DNA of 62,904 nucleotides, filler included, from Choristocarpus tenellus KU-1152 (Eukaryota; Protista; Phaeophyceae): the NCBI GenBank assembly GCA_964200185.2. It is 13 parts of 13 records of this genome, joined end to end, with 100 filler letters (N's around TTAATTAATTAA, not from the genome) between each part and the next. Parts side by side here need not be neighbours in the genome. Positions count along the whole stretch, not along the records: positions 10,657 to 13,997 come from CAXNAD020020692.1; positions 14,098 to 17,059 come from CAXNAD020023334.1; positions 17,160 to 20,796 come from CAXNAD020018808.1; positions 20,897 to 23,474 come from CAXNAD020026609.1; positions 23,575 to 26,971 come from CAXNAD020020315.1; 8 more parts are not named here. One strand, written 5' to 3'. The position numbers were made by a program, and so were the translations under genes. Shown in pieces: positions 12,503 to 26,500 of this stretch. A model generated the notes under the pieces. The model saw only the letters and a program-made list of their open reading frames with translations, searched no databases and had not been told where the DNA came from. Position 1 is the stretch's first letter; every line of letters begins with the position of its first letter.

Positions 12503-14097
12503 TCATTGGAGACAGGTTTGGCATGCCCAAGTATATGTGCAAAGCTATCCTGCAATGATAGCTTTATGTAGGGTGTGTGTGAACAGGGTGAGGCAACCTG
12601 GCAGGTATTGCTTTGGGTGCTGAACATATTTCTGGCTACCTATCCAATGGTTGCTCGGTGCATTTGTTTATGTAAGGGTGTATAGAGGAAGTGGGGTGCA
12701 AGGAGGAACAACTGTTTGTCTGGCACTCTGGGCTAACTTAGGAGGTTGCTCCTATGTATGTGCTCCGCTTGAATTGTGGCTTAGGTTGGTAGATCTCTCC
12801 TCTCCATTTTGTGCGTGTGCAGGCCCCCCCTTGTACCTTTTCTTGGCATGTTTTGATGCCCCGAGACATTTTTGCATGTTGTGCTCACTGCTTATAGGAT
12901 GTGTGTGTGAGTACTGTAAAAGGGAACAACTTTTGTCCCTTTTTTGATGCATGCTCTGGAATATTTTGTTTTGTTTTTTACCATTTAGATGGGATGTAAC
13001 TAATTTTCAGGGTTGCAGGGATTGGCAGGCGTTGTTTGTGTGCACTGGAATATACGAGGTCAATACATGGGGTTATTGGTGTAGTGTTTGCTTTTCGAGC
13101 GGAAATTTGCAGTTTCATATGTTGTAGTGTTTGTTTTCTTGCAAACACGTGTTATCAGATGTTGGATGGGGGATATGTGTGCACCTGTGTTGGATCTTGT
13201 ATGCAGGGCTGTTGGTTTGATTGATAGTGGTGTGTGGCATTTGAAGCAGCTAAAGAGCATTGGTTGTGGGCCACAAATGTATTTCAAAGCACCTAAACAC
13301 CTCTCCAGCAGTCAGGTAAAGTAGAACAAGACCTTCTCACTCAAGAGATCACAGGCTGAAGCCCTGTTGGTCTGAACCTGTATGCCATACCAGTCTGTGC
13401 AATTAGTTTGGAACTTGGAGTGTGAAGCCACATGTATGTATGTATGGATCTTAAAATGATCACAGTAAATGAATATTATTGATATATGTTATCCTTGTAT
13501 GGAAGTCTTTGTCCTAATGATCATCATAACGCCTTCAAAAATACAATAACTGGAACAGTTACCAAACCTCCAAAAAAGTCAACCTGAAATAACTTGATTT
13601 TAGACGGTTGCCGTCAGGTATGAACTAGGACAAAGTGCAGCAGCCTAAGAGAAGTATGAAAATGCTGTAAGGTGTTACAGGAGGGGTGAGGTTGTGCCTT
13701 AATCCCTTGTGCATAGAAGCAAATCAGGGTGGATCTTTCAAGACATTTTAGGACGTGTCCATAATATGCTCCAGCAACATCTTTAGTCAGCAGATACCAG
13801 TTGCACCTTTTTAACGGGTAGGTAGGTTTTCTGTTTACATAACTTATCAAGCATAATAAAAATAAAAATAAAAGAAAAATAAAAGAAGACACGGAAAAAA
13901 CATGTACTTCTCGAAGCTCCGACTACTACAAAAAATTGGTATCCGTTATTCAAGTGTAAAAAGTTAAGTGGAAGTGTCTAACCTATGTATTCCCCCCNNN
14001 NNNNNNNNNNNNNNNNNNNNNNNNNNNNNNNNNNNNNNNNNTTAATTAATTAANNNNNNNNNNNNNNNNNNNNNNNNNNNNNNNNNNNNNNNNNNNN

Positions 14098-14123
14098 CCC
14101 CCCCGTCCCAGATACTTTGGGTC
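14098..14123 (-). mobile_element. MITE family B terminus at contig edge
   Basis: Poly-C then CCAGATACTTTGGGTC. Confidence 0.65.
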
Positions 14124-15446
14124 CAACACAGAGGTTGCGTCCTCATATCGGAATCGTGTTCTGAACTGTGTTAGTTAAAGATGTCCACATATTTGTGGAG
14201 GGAAAACCGATTAATACATACAATTTTAAAATAATAATATGTATACTTTCTCTTAAATGGAAGGAAAAGGAAAAAAACGAGTAGCGCCCAAGTACGAAGT
14301 ATAACGCAGGTGTACGAAGGTGTAGTGAGGAGGTCAAATACTACTGGTGTTGTGCTGCTGGTGGTGTAAAGAAAAGCGTATAGCCACAAAAGGCCTCTAC
14401 CTCCCACAATAGTATCATCGATTCGATCTTGACCTAGTTCATCGCATGTACCCTGATTCGGACCATACTAAATTGGTGGGTAAACTCTCCTCCATTACTC
14501 GCCACTTGACCTCATTGATGCAGACACAATAGTGATAATGCTCAATCTCTAGACCAATACAAATGCTGCAATTCCAACCTTGTCTCAACCATGGCGCATT
14601 TTACCTCTAATATATAAAGATAATGATGCAGTTCGCTGTTTTCTTCACATCGCTGGGGTAAATGCAGCGACACGAGGAGAGCTGGCTCCAGAAATATGGA
14701 GATTCTTTCACTCAAGCCCTTTCTTGCGAAGGTCACCTCAGCAAATGTCGGGTATTGATCTGCCCTAGTTCTTGATTCAAAGGAGGATAGCATGAGATTC
14801 AAAGTTAGAGCCCCTGCACCTCCATTACCTATATTTTTTAGAGCTTTCTTCTTCCTTCTCCATTATACAGGGAAGCTCATGGATTCGTGGTGGAACAATG
14901 CCAAAGGTCAACTAACGGGATGCCAATACTCACAAAAGATCACGCATATTCAAAATATTCTTACAGCGCTACATTCTCTCTCTCTCTCTCTCTTTCTCTC
15001 ACCCTCCAGTTATTTGTCTCTGGAAAATTCTGACTGTACTCTAGTGCGATAAACACTCTCATCCATAACATTTCACTACCCAGCCAAGGTTGATTCCAGT
15101 CAGTTATACATCATGGTCAGAGCATGACCAAAGCTGGCTGTAATCATGGAGAAAATGAGCCGAACATTTGAGAAGTAGACAGGTTTGGGCCCTTTTGCAT
15201 TGTAAGTCGTATTCCTTACCCGGTGCAATGTGCCGTATTTCATTGCATTACGCACACAATAGTGTATGCAAAATTGAAAATCCCCCTGTCCACACACAAG
15301 TTGGCACCACAGTTCTTCAAAGTGTCCTTTTGCAATTGTACAAAATAGCAACCTTTTGCCGTATCTCAGGATCCTCAAAATGCCACCTTGCCCACCTGTC
15401 AGTTACTTTGGCTCAATTCTGGCTACAAGGTTCCTGGAGACTGACT

Positions 15447-15708
15447 TTGTCAAAGCAGTTTAGAGGGTAGAGTCGCGTCCGTTTGGGGGCCAACATCCAA
15501 TGTTGCGATTTTGCTGTAATTTTGACTATCGTGTTTGTTAGGAAGTGCCAATATCCTTGTTCTGGACATACCTTTTCATAACCTATTCATTTTACCTACT
15601 CCGAAACATTTCGGATAGGAAAATGGAATGAAAAAAGTCACGGGAAGTCAAGCCCCAAACGGACAAACAGGGCAAAACTCGTACCCTAACCCTAAGATAC
15701 TTTCACTC
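15447..15708 (-). mobile_element. MITE family A copy
   Basis: Reverse-complement homolog of 30625-30883, ending AGATACTTTCACTC; ACT on both flanks (left terminus is degenerate). Confidence 0.85.
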
Positions 15709-16358
15709 ACTCCTGAGGTATTCTCTGCACCAAATATCTTGATTTAGTGAAGAAATAACCCCGGTCTTGGATAGCAGCAAAAAATGCTGTCATTTCGATT
15801 TGCAGTAGTATTACAGAGTAAGATACTTGGACTTGAATGTTCCCATCAAAGACAGTGTGCTGCCACTCTTCCCCTTCATCCCTTCTGAGACTGAGAGAGT
15901 AAACTATGGTGGATTGTCAATGAATAATGATGACATCACGGCATTTTCTTACCACTTACTTCTGGAGTTCCCTACAGGTAGAACAAGTCCAAAACAGGTA
16001 GTACTGGTATGCCATGGGTTGTCCTCCAACACCGCTTTACTTTTCTTCTTGTTGACTTCAGATGCAGCAGCAGTATCAACTCTATTAGGAGGAACGACCA
16101 AAACAAGTCCTTCCCAGATGGTACCTCTATGGGATTGGAATTGAATATGGCACTATCACGCGTATTACTTCTTCTAGTGTGTAGTCTATGTACCAAGAAA
16201 CACAACACCAACACCAATATCTCCCAGTAAAACACACAATGATGGTGTGAACGTTTTCATCCATCAACCCATCATATATATATATATATATGTATGTTTA
16301 ATTATACATACACACACACCCTCTACAACATGAGAACAACAATAACAACACAGCCATC

Positions 16359-17058
16359 CTACTCCAAGTCATAGAATTCCAAACATGTCCACCACTGTCG
16401 GGAACAAAACTTGACAAGGTCATCCCCCATCAAATTATCAGCAGCAGGCTTTGTATCCCATGACAAAGAAAGGTCAGAAAAATATGCTGACACCATGGGC
16501 CACAATGGTACCCACTCCAAGTCCTCTGTTACTGTGATGTGAGGAAGTGATGAAGCATTGTTACTCTGTGGCTTGGTGACAAAGGTCTCTGTAAGTGATG
16601 AAATCAAGGATTGTACCAGAGAGTGGTCAGAAATTAGCGGCCCTTCTTCTTGCACTGTCTCCTCATTCCCATTCACCAACAATGGTGTGACTATGGGATC
16701 CCTATTGCTGCTGTGGTTGTTGCTGGCCACCTCTCCATTCCATGGGGAACCAAACCTGGGCATGGCCAGGCTGCCCTGTGCACAAGGTGAAACGGTAGTG
16801 GTGATACTCTGCCATGCAGGTGACTCTGTCCCCTCTGAGGAGAAGGCACCCCAGCACCGGATGCCCATGATTGCAAAGGAAAACAGGAAAAGGGTTGCCC
16901 CGCACAAGAGGATTAATTTCTTCACCCACGAAAATTCCACATTTTGGTGGTGCATGAGTAGAAGAGGATCCGTCCTTGGCGCCCCGACTCGGCACTTGAC
17001 TGTAATATATGAATCTCCCGCATATGTGGTCTCCCTTGCATCCTGCCACTCAAGAACG
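16359..17058 (-). CDS. Probable terminal exon of a single-pass membrane protein
   Basis: Frame is open from the contig edge (VLEWQDARETTYAGDSY...) through a hydrophobic stretch LILLCGATLFLFSFAIMGI to a stop at 16359. Confidence 0.45.
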
Positions 17059-17159
17059 ANNNNNNNNNNNNNNNNNNNNNNNNNNNNNNNNNNNNNNNNN
17101 NNNTTAATTAATTAANNNNNNNNNNNNNNNNNNNNNNNNNNNNNNNNNNNNNNNNNNNN

Positions 17160-17330
17160 GTACCTGAGGGGGGTGGTGGTGGCTGTCCATTTGGAGCTAA
17201 ATTTTTCATGTCACGATTCTTGGGTGATTTGTTTCCATACGTTAGATGGATAATGAAAGTGCACTTTTCCTGGTGCTGGTCCAAATGGACACTTTAGTGA
17301 AGACCCCCCCCCCTCCAGATACTTTGGGTC
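17160..17330 (-). mobile_element. MITE family B copy (one end cut by linker)
   Basis: GGCTGTCCATTTGGAG ... CCAAATGGACAC ... CCAGATACTTTGGGTC. Confidence 0.8.
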
Positions 17331-19199
17331 ACATTTTTCTCATCTTGACAAGGAGTTACCTCTTCTGTTTTCTCAGAAGATATAGTACCCAACAGTGAAA
17401 TCACAGGAGAAAAAAATGTGTCTCGTACAAGCTTGCCACATGTGGTAGACATGTTAATACATATAGGTATAGATGGGTACATATCTACATAATGTCCAGT
17501 AACAGTGTAGTGGAGTACTTCGGTCAACAACGTCCGTCGTACGGAAATACTTTGTTGTTTAGGACGGTAAAGCATTGACCCGTGTTATACTGGCATTACC
17601 TCCTCCTGGATGTGATACATATGCTTGCCACATCATCATATCTCTTGGAAATTGTACTAAGGATAAGTCAAATGCAGGAGTGTATAGGATATGCAATGTA
17701 TAATGCTCGGAGCAGGAGATCCAGCTGTTGGTAATGTTCGTTGAGAACATGGAATTCCCGAGCAAGCACACATGTACTACAGTTGTTATGTTGGAACTAC
17801 TTGAGGATAGTGAAAGACAACACTGTTTCTCCTATTCATACGGTACGATGCACTATGGAACTGAGGAAGTCGTTCTCACTGAATCTACAGATGAGGTCTC
17901 AGTATGTCTTGTATTTCCTCCATGGAAAGACAGCATGTAGGAGGAGGACAACAGCAGTAAGCAATAGTTAGAGACTTTAGGATCATCGACTGTGTCACAT
18001 GGCTAGGTAGGGCTTCAAATACGTACATGTGAAAATCTTGGTCGACCACGGAGGGGGAGGAAATATAAGTGCCCAGAAAATGCAGTAGAACTTGTCAAGG
18101 AGCCTCCTACCCTACAGTGGCAAAAACGCTCAATGTCCGGATTGAACCAAACTTTTGAAGCGCAAGATCAAGTAGGAGTTCAGAAGTGTGAGTGGGATGC
18201 TGACCCAGTGCTTACTTACTTCTATGAAAAACCATCTTCCCCCCTGGAGTCTACTTAGCACAACTCCTCCACCACTCTTTTCTAGCTTGGCTACCTAGGG
18301 AGCAATAAAATGCCTTTTGCTGTGGGCTTGTTCACAATAGGAGTCCTTATGGGAGCGAGGTTGATGTGAAGAAAATGTGGTCATGACTATGTATTTTGTA
18401 GTATGATCAAATTAGATCCATCTTCCAAACAAAAAATATGCCTTAGACCAATGCCTACCTACTTGAGATGTGCAACCTTTTATGGAAGGACGGTCCTAGC
18501 CACTAACAAAGGGAGGCCATTAGAGGGTTTCAATTGGACATTACGTCCAACCTATTTTCCTATCCCACATACAAACCATAGATTCACCAAAATATTTACT
18601 TCAATACTTTCTCGCTGTTTTAGTGTACAGCCATGCACCTCATGAGAGCGTGGAATATCGCTATAGGATGCTCTCACTCATTGTCTATCATATTTTACCT
18701 ATTACACTATAAAATATGTGCTGAGAACTTGGAATGGAGGTCTACATCACCAATCCAAACAACTTTCGGTGTCACAGTTTAGCAGGCCTCACAACAGCCT
18801 TGGAGCTCCCACCCTACACCCTTACCCTACTTCCTCCCTGTGCACCCACTGCAACGTGCAGGTGGATAACTGGGAAATGGCAGTCATCTAGGGCTGCAAG
18901 AAGGGAAGGAAAAGCATCTCTTCAGCAGTGATGCGGTCTTCTGGACTGGCCACAAGCGTCTGCAAAAATAATTTATCGGTAAGGTGCAGAAGGGTGAAAA
19001 AGAGAGGAAATTTCAGTACTGGTGGGAGTGAATGGAAAGATCAGACACTAGTGAGGAAGCCATTAAGATACAGATGTAATGTAGAAAGGGGAAGTGTTGC
19101 TTGTAGCCCACAGGAAGGCGTCATCTATCAATGGAAGTAGACAAAAGAACTACATACTCTGAGGAAGAGATACTTCATAGTACCGTATCCACCCTGGGA

Positions 19200-19620
19200 T
19201 GAAACAACTGGAGGCATACGCATGGGCACATACATGCAATGCAAGGAATAGTTGACTATCTCTATCAGCATCTACATGTCATGAAACTGAAGCCAATTGC
19301 TTACCAGGAACCCCTGCCCCTTAAACAGCTCATATGGCACAGTTTGATTTGTCCATTGTGTAGAGGTCTTGACATTCATACGACCAACATCATCACCTTG
19401 TGGATCAACAAAGCCAGATCATATGACATACTGTCTGGCAGGACATAGAGCCCCGCCTGAACATGGAAGAGGTGCAGTAGCTCTCTCTGCAAAAGGATGG
19501 AACAGTGAATGTGTCAGTCCCAATCACCAACACAGCTTGGTTGGGGTATCATTGCATAAGAGCATTCTACACCGACAAGGTGATGGACTGTTGGCTTGAA
19601 AGTCTACTGGGAAATACAGT
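19200..19620 (+). mobile_element. Possible LINE apurinic-like endonuclease remnant
   Basis: IRMGTY / MQG ... IAYQE ... EHGRGAVAL resemble the N-terminal APE motifs (TxNV, LQE, GxGV); frameshifted. Confidence 0.4.
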
Positions 19621-21406
19621 TAGCTGGTCTGGGGATCTCCATGCCTTACTTGGTGTAGCAGTATTCAGGTGATTCACTAGAATTGGATAGGATTCAGGGA
19701 AATTACCAAACAAAATCTTACTACCTCTGCGAGTATGTTACAGGGACTCCACCGCATTGCCATGTTAGTCCTGACACAAATCACATGCTAGGCAGATGAG
19801 GAAGTCATTCTGGCATGCTAATACATGCTACTTCAAAGTACAAAATGTGTTTCAGAGAAATATTTGGCACAGTACAAAGCGTACAGCCATTGGTGTTCAT
19901 GCCAGAGAATCTTCTACATACTATATGGTAAATGACAGGGGGGTGGGGAACATATATCATTCATTGACAAGGGCAACGGAAAATAGCAATAGCACTATGA
20001 ATTCTATTATCTAATGATCTTGAAACCCCTTAGTAAAGCCTGCCTGCAGAACTGACTGATTTCCCTGTATCCAGATTTTAGCTTTTGTGTCATCCATTCT
20101 ATCATATGACGACAGCACTAGAAAGCTCACCCCCTCCGGATCTCGATTGTAATGCATCCAGCATGCAGGGAATTGCCACAAGTCAACCAAGGTGCACGCT
20201 CAGCAACAACCAAGTGGGCGTTAGGTGGCATCTGTGCCCACCACATGTACTTGCATCTAATTACTACTGGTTGCATCTAAATACTCGACGTAGTGCATCT
20301 CAACTTGAGCTAAGAAGAAATAGTGTGGCTTGCACCAGAGCTGAAGGGATAGGAGAATGTACTTCAGTTTCATGTGTTGATGGTTCAATTCTGGGACTTG
20401 TCAACCGGCTGATGGGTTGGCAAGTACAAAGAAAATGCTCCTTCTCCTTGCTATAACCTAACTCAGACTGATGTGGGTCAACTCGATGGAAGGGACTATC
20501 CTCCAAGAGTAGAACCTTCATCATCACCCACACCAAAATTAACGGCTTCTCTCTCTGTGGTGTACTGCTGTTCCTAATATGAATACAACTGTGGATGGAT
20601 GAATAGAACCGACACAAGTTTCAAAAGAGCAATGATTTGCACTATTGCATTGTCAAGAAGAATTTTGTTGGGTGTGTGACACGCTTGCACCCAAACACAT
20701 GATATGCATCGATAAACAGCAAAAGCAATGGCCTCATTAGTCACAGAAAGGAAACTGTATCCACCACGACACTTCAAGGCAACTCTTACCTCAGCANNNN
20801 NNNNNNNNNNNNNNNNNNNNNNNNNNNNNNNNNNNNNNNNTTAATTAATTAANNNNNNNNNNNNNNNNNNNNNNNNNNNNNNNNNNNNNNNNNNNNGGTG
20901 TTATTGTGCCTGAGGGTGTGGGGGGGTGTGGGGGGGTGGGTGCGGTGGTGGGGTGGGGGGGGGAGGAGATGAGTTGTGTATTTCTTGCCATTTTTTTTTT
21001 CTCTCCTCAATTTTGCTGTTGTTTGGGTGACACATATTTTCCTGGCTGTCTAGAAGAGTTTTTTATGTAGAGTTGTTTTGGTTTGTGAAGGGATATTGGT
21101 TAAAGCGGTGCTGTTGTAACATTTATCTCATGATTTGATCCCCAGACAGTGCATGTTCGATTCGTATGTGGTACTGACCATAAGCTCTAGGGTGGGCGGT
21201 AGAGGAGTGCTGGAGAAGTGGCCTGGGTTTAGTTGGACCCAAAGTATTCATTATACTGAAGGCATAGGATTTGTGTCTATGCACCCGACACATGTGTGTC
21301 GTTGATGACATACAGGCATATTATCTTACACTGTTGTGTATAATAGTGTGTATATTGTGCACCCTTGCTTGTGTGTGTGTGTGTGTTTGTTTGTTTTTCA
21401 ATTAAG

Positions 21407-23060
21407 GTGCGTGAACTCATCCATGACTTTGCTGAAAGTCGATACAAGTCATGTCTCAGTCACCTTTCCAACATCAGAGGAGAGTTGGAATTGGACATTC
21501 ACTTGTGTGTGCACCTCAAGAAGCTCTACAAAAAGATTGAGGACAAGTGCCTCATGCAGTGAGTCAACAGGAGCAGAGCCCTACTCTGCTGCCCCTGAAT
21601 GCAATCTTGTATATTATTCTATTGCGTGTTGTACAACATTTTTTCTTGTCTACCTACTTTATTAGTCCAGTACGGAGTAGTCTGAAGTGTATTTTTGTCT
21701 AGACTTACGGTGGGGAAGTGATGGAGAGGGGGGAAGGGGGGTGATGACACGGAAGGTGACTAGTGACGTGTTGCCTATTACACTTTGATACCAGTTTTGT
21801 GACTTCATGTATGATGGTCTTTGTCATCTGGCAAGCTCTTATATGCCTCGACTTGAGGTTGCAAGGGTTGGGGAGAATATGTAAGATTCATAAAAAAAAA
21901 ATTCTAGGGGGGGTCTCTGGGGCCTTGTTTTGTTGGTTGGGTTGGTGAGTTTTTGCAAAGGCATTGACTGTGGTAATGTTGGAGTTTGCAATGTCTATGT
22001 TGTGATCAATGGGTTGAGTGAGACAAATCTGCTTCTTTCAACTTATGTATGGTATCTTTTGTTCACTCAAGCAACTATTGCACTTGAGTCTGTATTGTTC
22101 ACCTTTGACTCCAGTGAAGTATCTTCATTTTCTGTTGTGGTCTCTCTTTCCAGCTTCCCCTCTAGGCATCCCTCTCCCATGCTATGTTACGTTATGAGTG
22201 CGTGTTTCTGTTCAATTTCGCTTGCCAATGAGTCTTTACCCAGTCTTAATACTAATCTTTTTCATGTGATATTAGGCTGTTGATAAGAACATACGGACTA
22301 ACTAAACACTCAAGCATGTCTCCCCTCACCAACCCCCTTGATGTCTGTACCATCTCTCTTGAACAGCCGCAGCACCCTACCCCAACCATTTGATGCTTTG
22401 GTGTCTTGAGATTGGCATATTATCTCCTCAATCCAATTCATGTGAAATCATATCCTGTACACCTAGATCTTGCCCCAGTACCCAAGTCCTCAACTCAGCT
22501 TCTGTTTTCTGGTTGCCCCACACCGTGCTCTTGTATTGGACTCCTTTTGTTGCCCGGGGAATGGGAATGGAATGATGACTGTTGTGACTAACGATGAACT
22601 TATAAAAAATAAAACGGACTGAACAACAAGATACTTCTCACCCTACACCTCGGTGAAGCTATCGTCCATGGCAGAGGCCATAGGCATGGAGGTGAGCAAT
22701 AGAGAGAAGATGTGTACACCAGTGAGGGTGGTAGGAATTGGTAAGGTGGGGGGGTATCGTGGTGCCTTGAAGTAGTAACTGAATCCTGAAAAACAATCGG
22801 TATTATACTATTTCCGATAGAGAGGAACTCTTGACATTTTCTGCGATTTTGTGAGAGTATTTTTTTGTTTTACTTTGCTTTTCGCTTTTGTCGTTTTGTC
22901 ACTTTGAAAGTAACCTTTTAGGTGCATAGGTCCTGTGCTTATTATGCCCAAGTATGTGTGTACTGTTGGAAAAAAACACATCCACACACTCGCACACACT
23001 GTTTGTGTACAAACATGCAAGTTCTATCTCTGCTAGTTCTGTGATCTGGTGCCTTGTATG

Positions 23061-23095
<35 letters not shown>

Positions 23096-23341
23096 CAGAT
23101 ATATGTATGCTTGAAGTAGTCAAGGTTCATCTTCTGCGCACTAATGTGTCTGGTTACTTGTTCCGTTTTTGTTTGCATTGTGTACATGTGTGGGTTTGTG
23201 GTTTGTCTATGGCAGGTGCCAGAGCTGGAAAAGAAGGTGGCGGCCTTGATAATCTCCAATCAAATCTCTGCAAGGATTGATAGTAAGAATGTCACCCTTC
23301 ACGCAAAATACACTGATCAACGAAATATCAGCTATCACAAG
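21407..23341 (+). CDS. CSN1: COP9 signalosome subunit 1 (CSN1/GPS1), internal PCI-region exons; partial gene
   Basis: Exons 21407-21558, 22631-22691 and 23216-23341 splice in phase with GT-AG introns to VRELIHDFAESRYKSCLSHL...LDIHL...KCLMQYFSPYTSVKLSSMAEAIGMEVPELEKKVAALIISNQISARIDSKNVTLHAKYTDQRNISYHK, the characteristic CSN1 C-terminal PCI segment. Confidence 0.9.
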
Positions 23342-23402
23342 GTGAGTCTACATTTCCTTGGGCACTTGTGTTCCAATGGGGCTATATATTCCTTCGAAGC
23401 AG

Positions 23403-23437
<35 letters not shown>

Positions 23438-23574
23438 ACCCCACGGGCCGCGGGGAGGGGAGGGGGGGAGGAGCNNNNNNNNNNNNNNNNNNNNNNNNNN
23501 NNNNNNNNNNNNNNNNNNTTAATTAATTAANNNNNNNNNNNNNNNNNNNNNNNNNNNNNNNNNNNNNNNNNNNN

Positions 23575-26500
23575 GTCAAGCCCCACTACGAGGAGAGGAA
23601 GAGGGAGGTGGCCCAACTTCTGCAGAAGGTTTCATCTGGCGACCAACAGGCGGGGCCCGTCCGCCAACTGAGGGCAAACATCTCCACGATAGTCGGAATG
23701 AAACCTCTGCAACGGATCAGAGCCGTGAGTGTGCCTCCTGTGTTCGTAATTACAGCTGAAATGGCTTGTACCGAAAAAAATAGTTGATGCTTGGTAGGAT
23801 TGGTGGTGGGTCTTTGTCATCATCATGAGCGACAGAGTTACCTTCCATACTACAAACTTTGCTGTTTTGTCAGTTCTAGTCTTTCGTTGCTAATAGCGGG
23901 AATAGCAAATCGTTTCCTTCAACTGTAGACAACGATCTCGGTCAATCTCCACCTCGCTTCTGCCTCCAATACGCGTCACTGAAAAAACCTACATATGGAT
24001 TGGCGTCCTCGACATGGGCTTATTTCAAACTATTTCGCCCCGCAAGCCGCCTCCATTAAACACATTCACCACGTCAACGGTATCGTTTGCTCTGTTCGCT
24101 CCTCCATGCTATCATACTTCCATTACACCATCATATTCTTGATGTCACCATCGTCCCCTCCTCTCCTCAACGACGTCCTCCGCCGTCTCCACTACTAGAT
24201 TCTCGAGAAGGACTCGACTCTATGCGCTTACCTCACCACCTGGGATGGTAAATACCAGGATGTACTCAATCAGGTCAACCTCCACCAGGTTTACAGCGGG
24301 CGGGACTGAGATGGCGGCAGCGCAGAAGTTGAGAGCAGCAACGGATCGGCATCAGATGGCCACGAGAAAGAAGACGAGGGAGGACGCGAATACCAAGGAG
24401 GGGATGGAGACGTGGGAGGGGACGAACACAAAGGAGGGGACGAAGACGAGGGAGGGAACGGACTGCCAGACAGGGAGGATACAGGCGAAGGGGGTTCTGT
24501 CGGCAGTGTTCCTGGTGCGGAAGAAGAACAAAACGGCCATGGAGGGTGGAACGTGGGCGTTTGCTGTACTGAATGCAATCCTCCACCTACGTCTTGGTGA
24601 GTAATGTAGTTGTAACGGTGCACACGAGGACGGAGTGCAAAAAATAGATTCAACAATTGGTTCCCATCCAATCCCCCGAGCGGATAGATACGTTGTATCT
24701 TTTCAGCAGCGCACACCATTGAATCCATGGTATGTTGCGGGGTCCCTCTATGTGCGGCGCTGTGGTCACTACCCCCACGTCTCTTTATTTGCCACTGTCC
24801 GATTGTGTGTTAATGCATGTACATCACCGACTGTTGTATCTCACCTTTACTACTTCGTGCTGTTTTGCGCGGCTAATTTCGTGGTCCTTCGTAACCGTGG
24901 ATCCCCGCGTTGCGTTGTTGCGCCCAATTAATGATCTGGAAAAATACTATCCTGTCTGTTTAACGCTCTGAGTCGATGACACGCGCGACAGGTATTCATG
25001 CCCAAAGTGCTCCATCACGCATATGGGCGAATGTGCCTAAGCGGAGATTATAGACGACGAGAGGCACAAGGATCGATTATGTATCAATTGCCCCATGGCA
25101 CAGGAGGGCAGTGAAGGGTCAGGATTGGTGGGGAACAAAGTGGCGGGTCAGGACAGGGGCAGGGGTGGGGGCAAGGGTAAGGCTCATGCAAGGAGCGCGG
25201 GCGGGTCAGCCACGACGCAAAGCCTTTTACGTCTCCCCTCACACAGTGAAACGGCCGACATGGAGAAGTGCATGTGGGTCTCGGCGTGGTTGCACATTAT
25301 ACAGACACGCAAGTCATCTCTGCGTGTTTGTTTTCGCGTTGGTTTGCACATAGGCCTTGGCTGCTTGCACATCATGTGGATTGCTCGTCCTTTGTGCCTT
25401 GGATGTCTCGCTTTTTTGGAGGTTTCCATGGGCCATGGAACTTAGTGTTTTGACGTCTACCCTCCTTCCATGAGATGTATCTGATGAGTCTGGCGTTGTG
25501 GAGGGTACAGCCTGACATTTTGGAGATGCTGTGGAAATATTGTCAGGACCTCACTTAATGAAAAGATTGCCTGCACCGTAGCTCACTACGCTGTCCTTCT
25601 TGACGTGCTGTCTGTCTACTGTGTCGTGTGTCATGATGTACAAGCAGGAGTGAGAACACTGCACTACATGACCTTCACCCTCTCGACCCTATGGTACCCT
25701 TAGACGACCTGAAAGATTTCGCCTTCCGCAACGCGCCAAAGCTCGCCATAGTGTCCTTTGCCACCGAGCCAAGACTCCTCATTGACGTAGAGGTGACCAA
25801 CACATACCTGCGCGAGGTGCTTCAGTGCTTGCAGCATAAGATGCATCCTCAAGGCACCATCGCGCTCATTGTGCCCCACCCGTGGATGGCGCAATTACAC
25901 CGCCTAAGCGGTGAGTTGCAGAGTTCGCAAGAGCTGGAATACGGGGTATATTGTGGGAGACTGATGCGATCCGCCATGGCCGTTATCATTCCGTCCGTGT
26001 GCCAATCGAATATTGTGCGACCGTTCAGGAGATGCGGATTAGGTTGTGTGTATTCCTTTTTCACTTTCCCATGTTGTTTCATGTCCTTCGTACCTTCTAC
26101 TTCCTTTTGTGTCGCTTGCTCTTCGCCCCGGGTCCTTCGTAGTTCTTTGTTTCATTGTCCACGAATCGCATGCTGGTGTTACTCGTCTTCACTATGTTAT
26201 TTTTGCCATATTTACTTCTATTATTACTTAATTTCCTATTGTTTGCCTTTTTTGCATTGGTTATTTGTCTTGCGTTCCACACTCATTGTACTTATTATAA
26301 TTTTAGTGGTATGAGATTTCATTAATCCCTACGATAACTACTTGTGTGATGTCACTGTCAAGTTTGACGCATGCCGGACCCATGCGCTCGCTCCCGCCTT
26401 CTATTCATTCAGAGGCTCTTATGGCGTCGAAGGTGGGCTTGATTGTGGAGGATCATCCCCTAACCCTAATATACAAGACGAAGGGGGGGGGGCGCCCTCA

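Noticed and set aside
20496-20796. Short minus-strand terminal exon EQQYTTEREAVNFGVGDDEGSTLGG*
   Set aside because: Plausible splice signals, but too short and unrecognisable to support a call.
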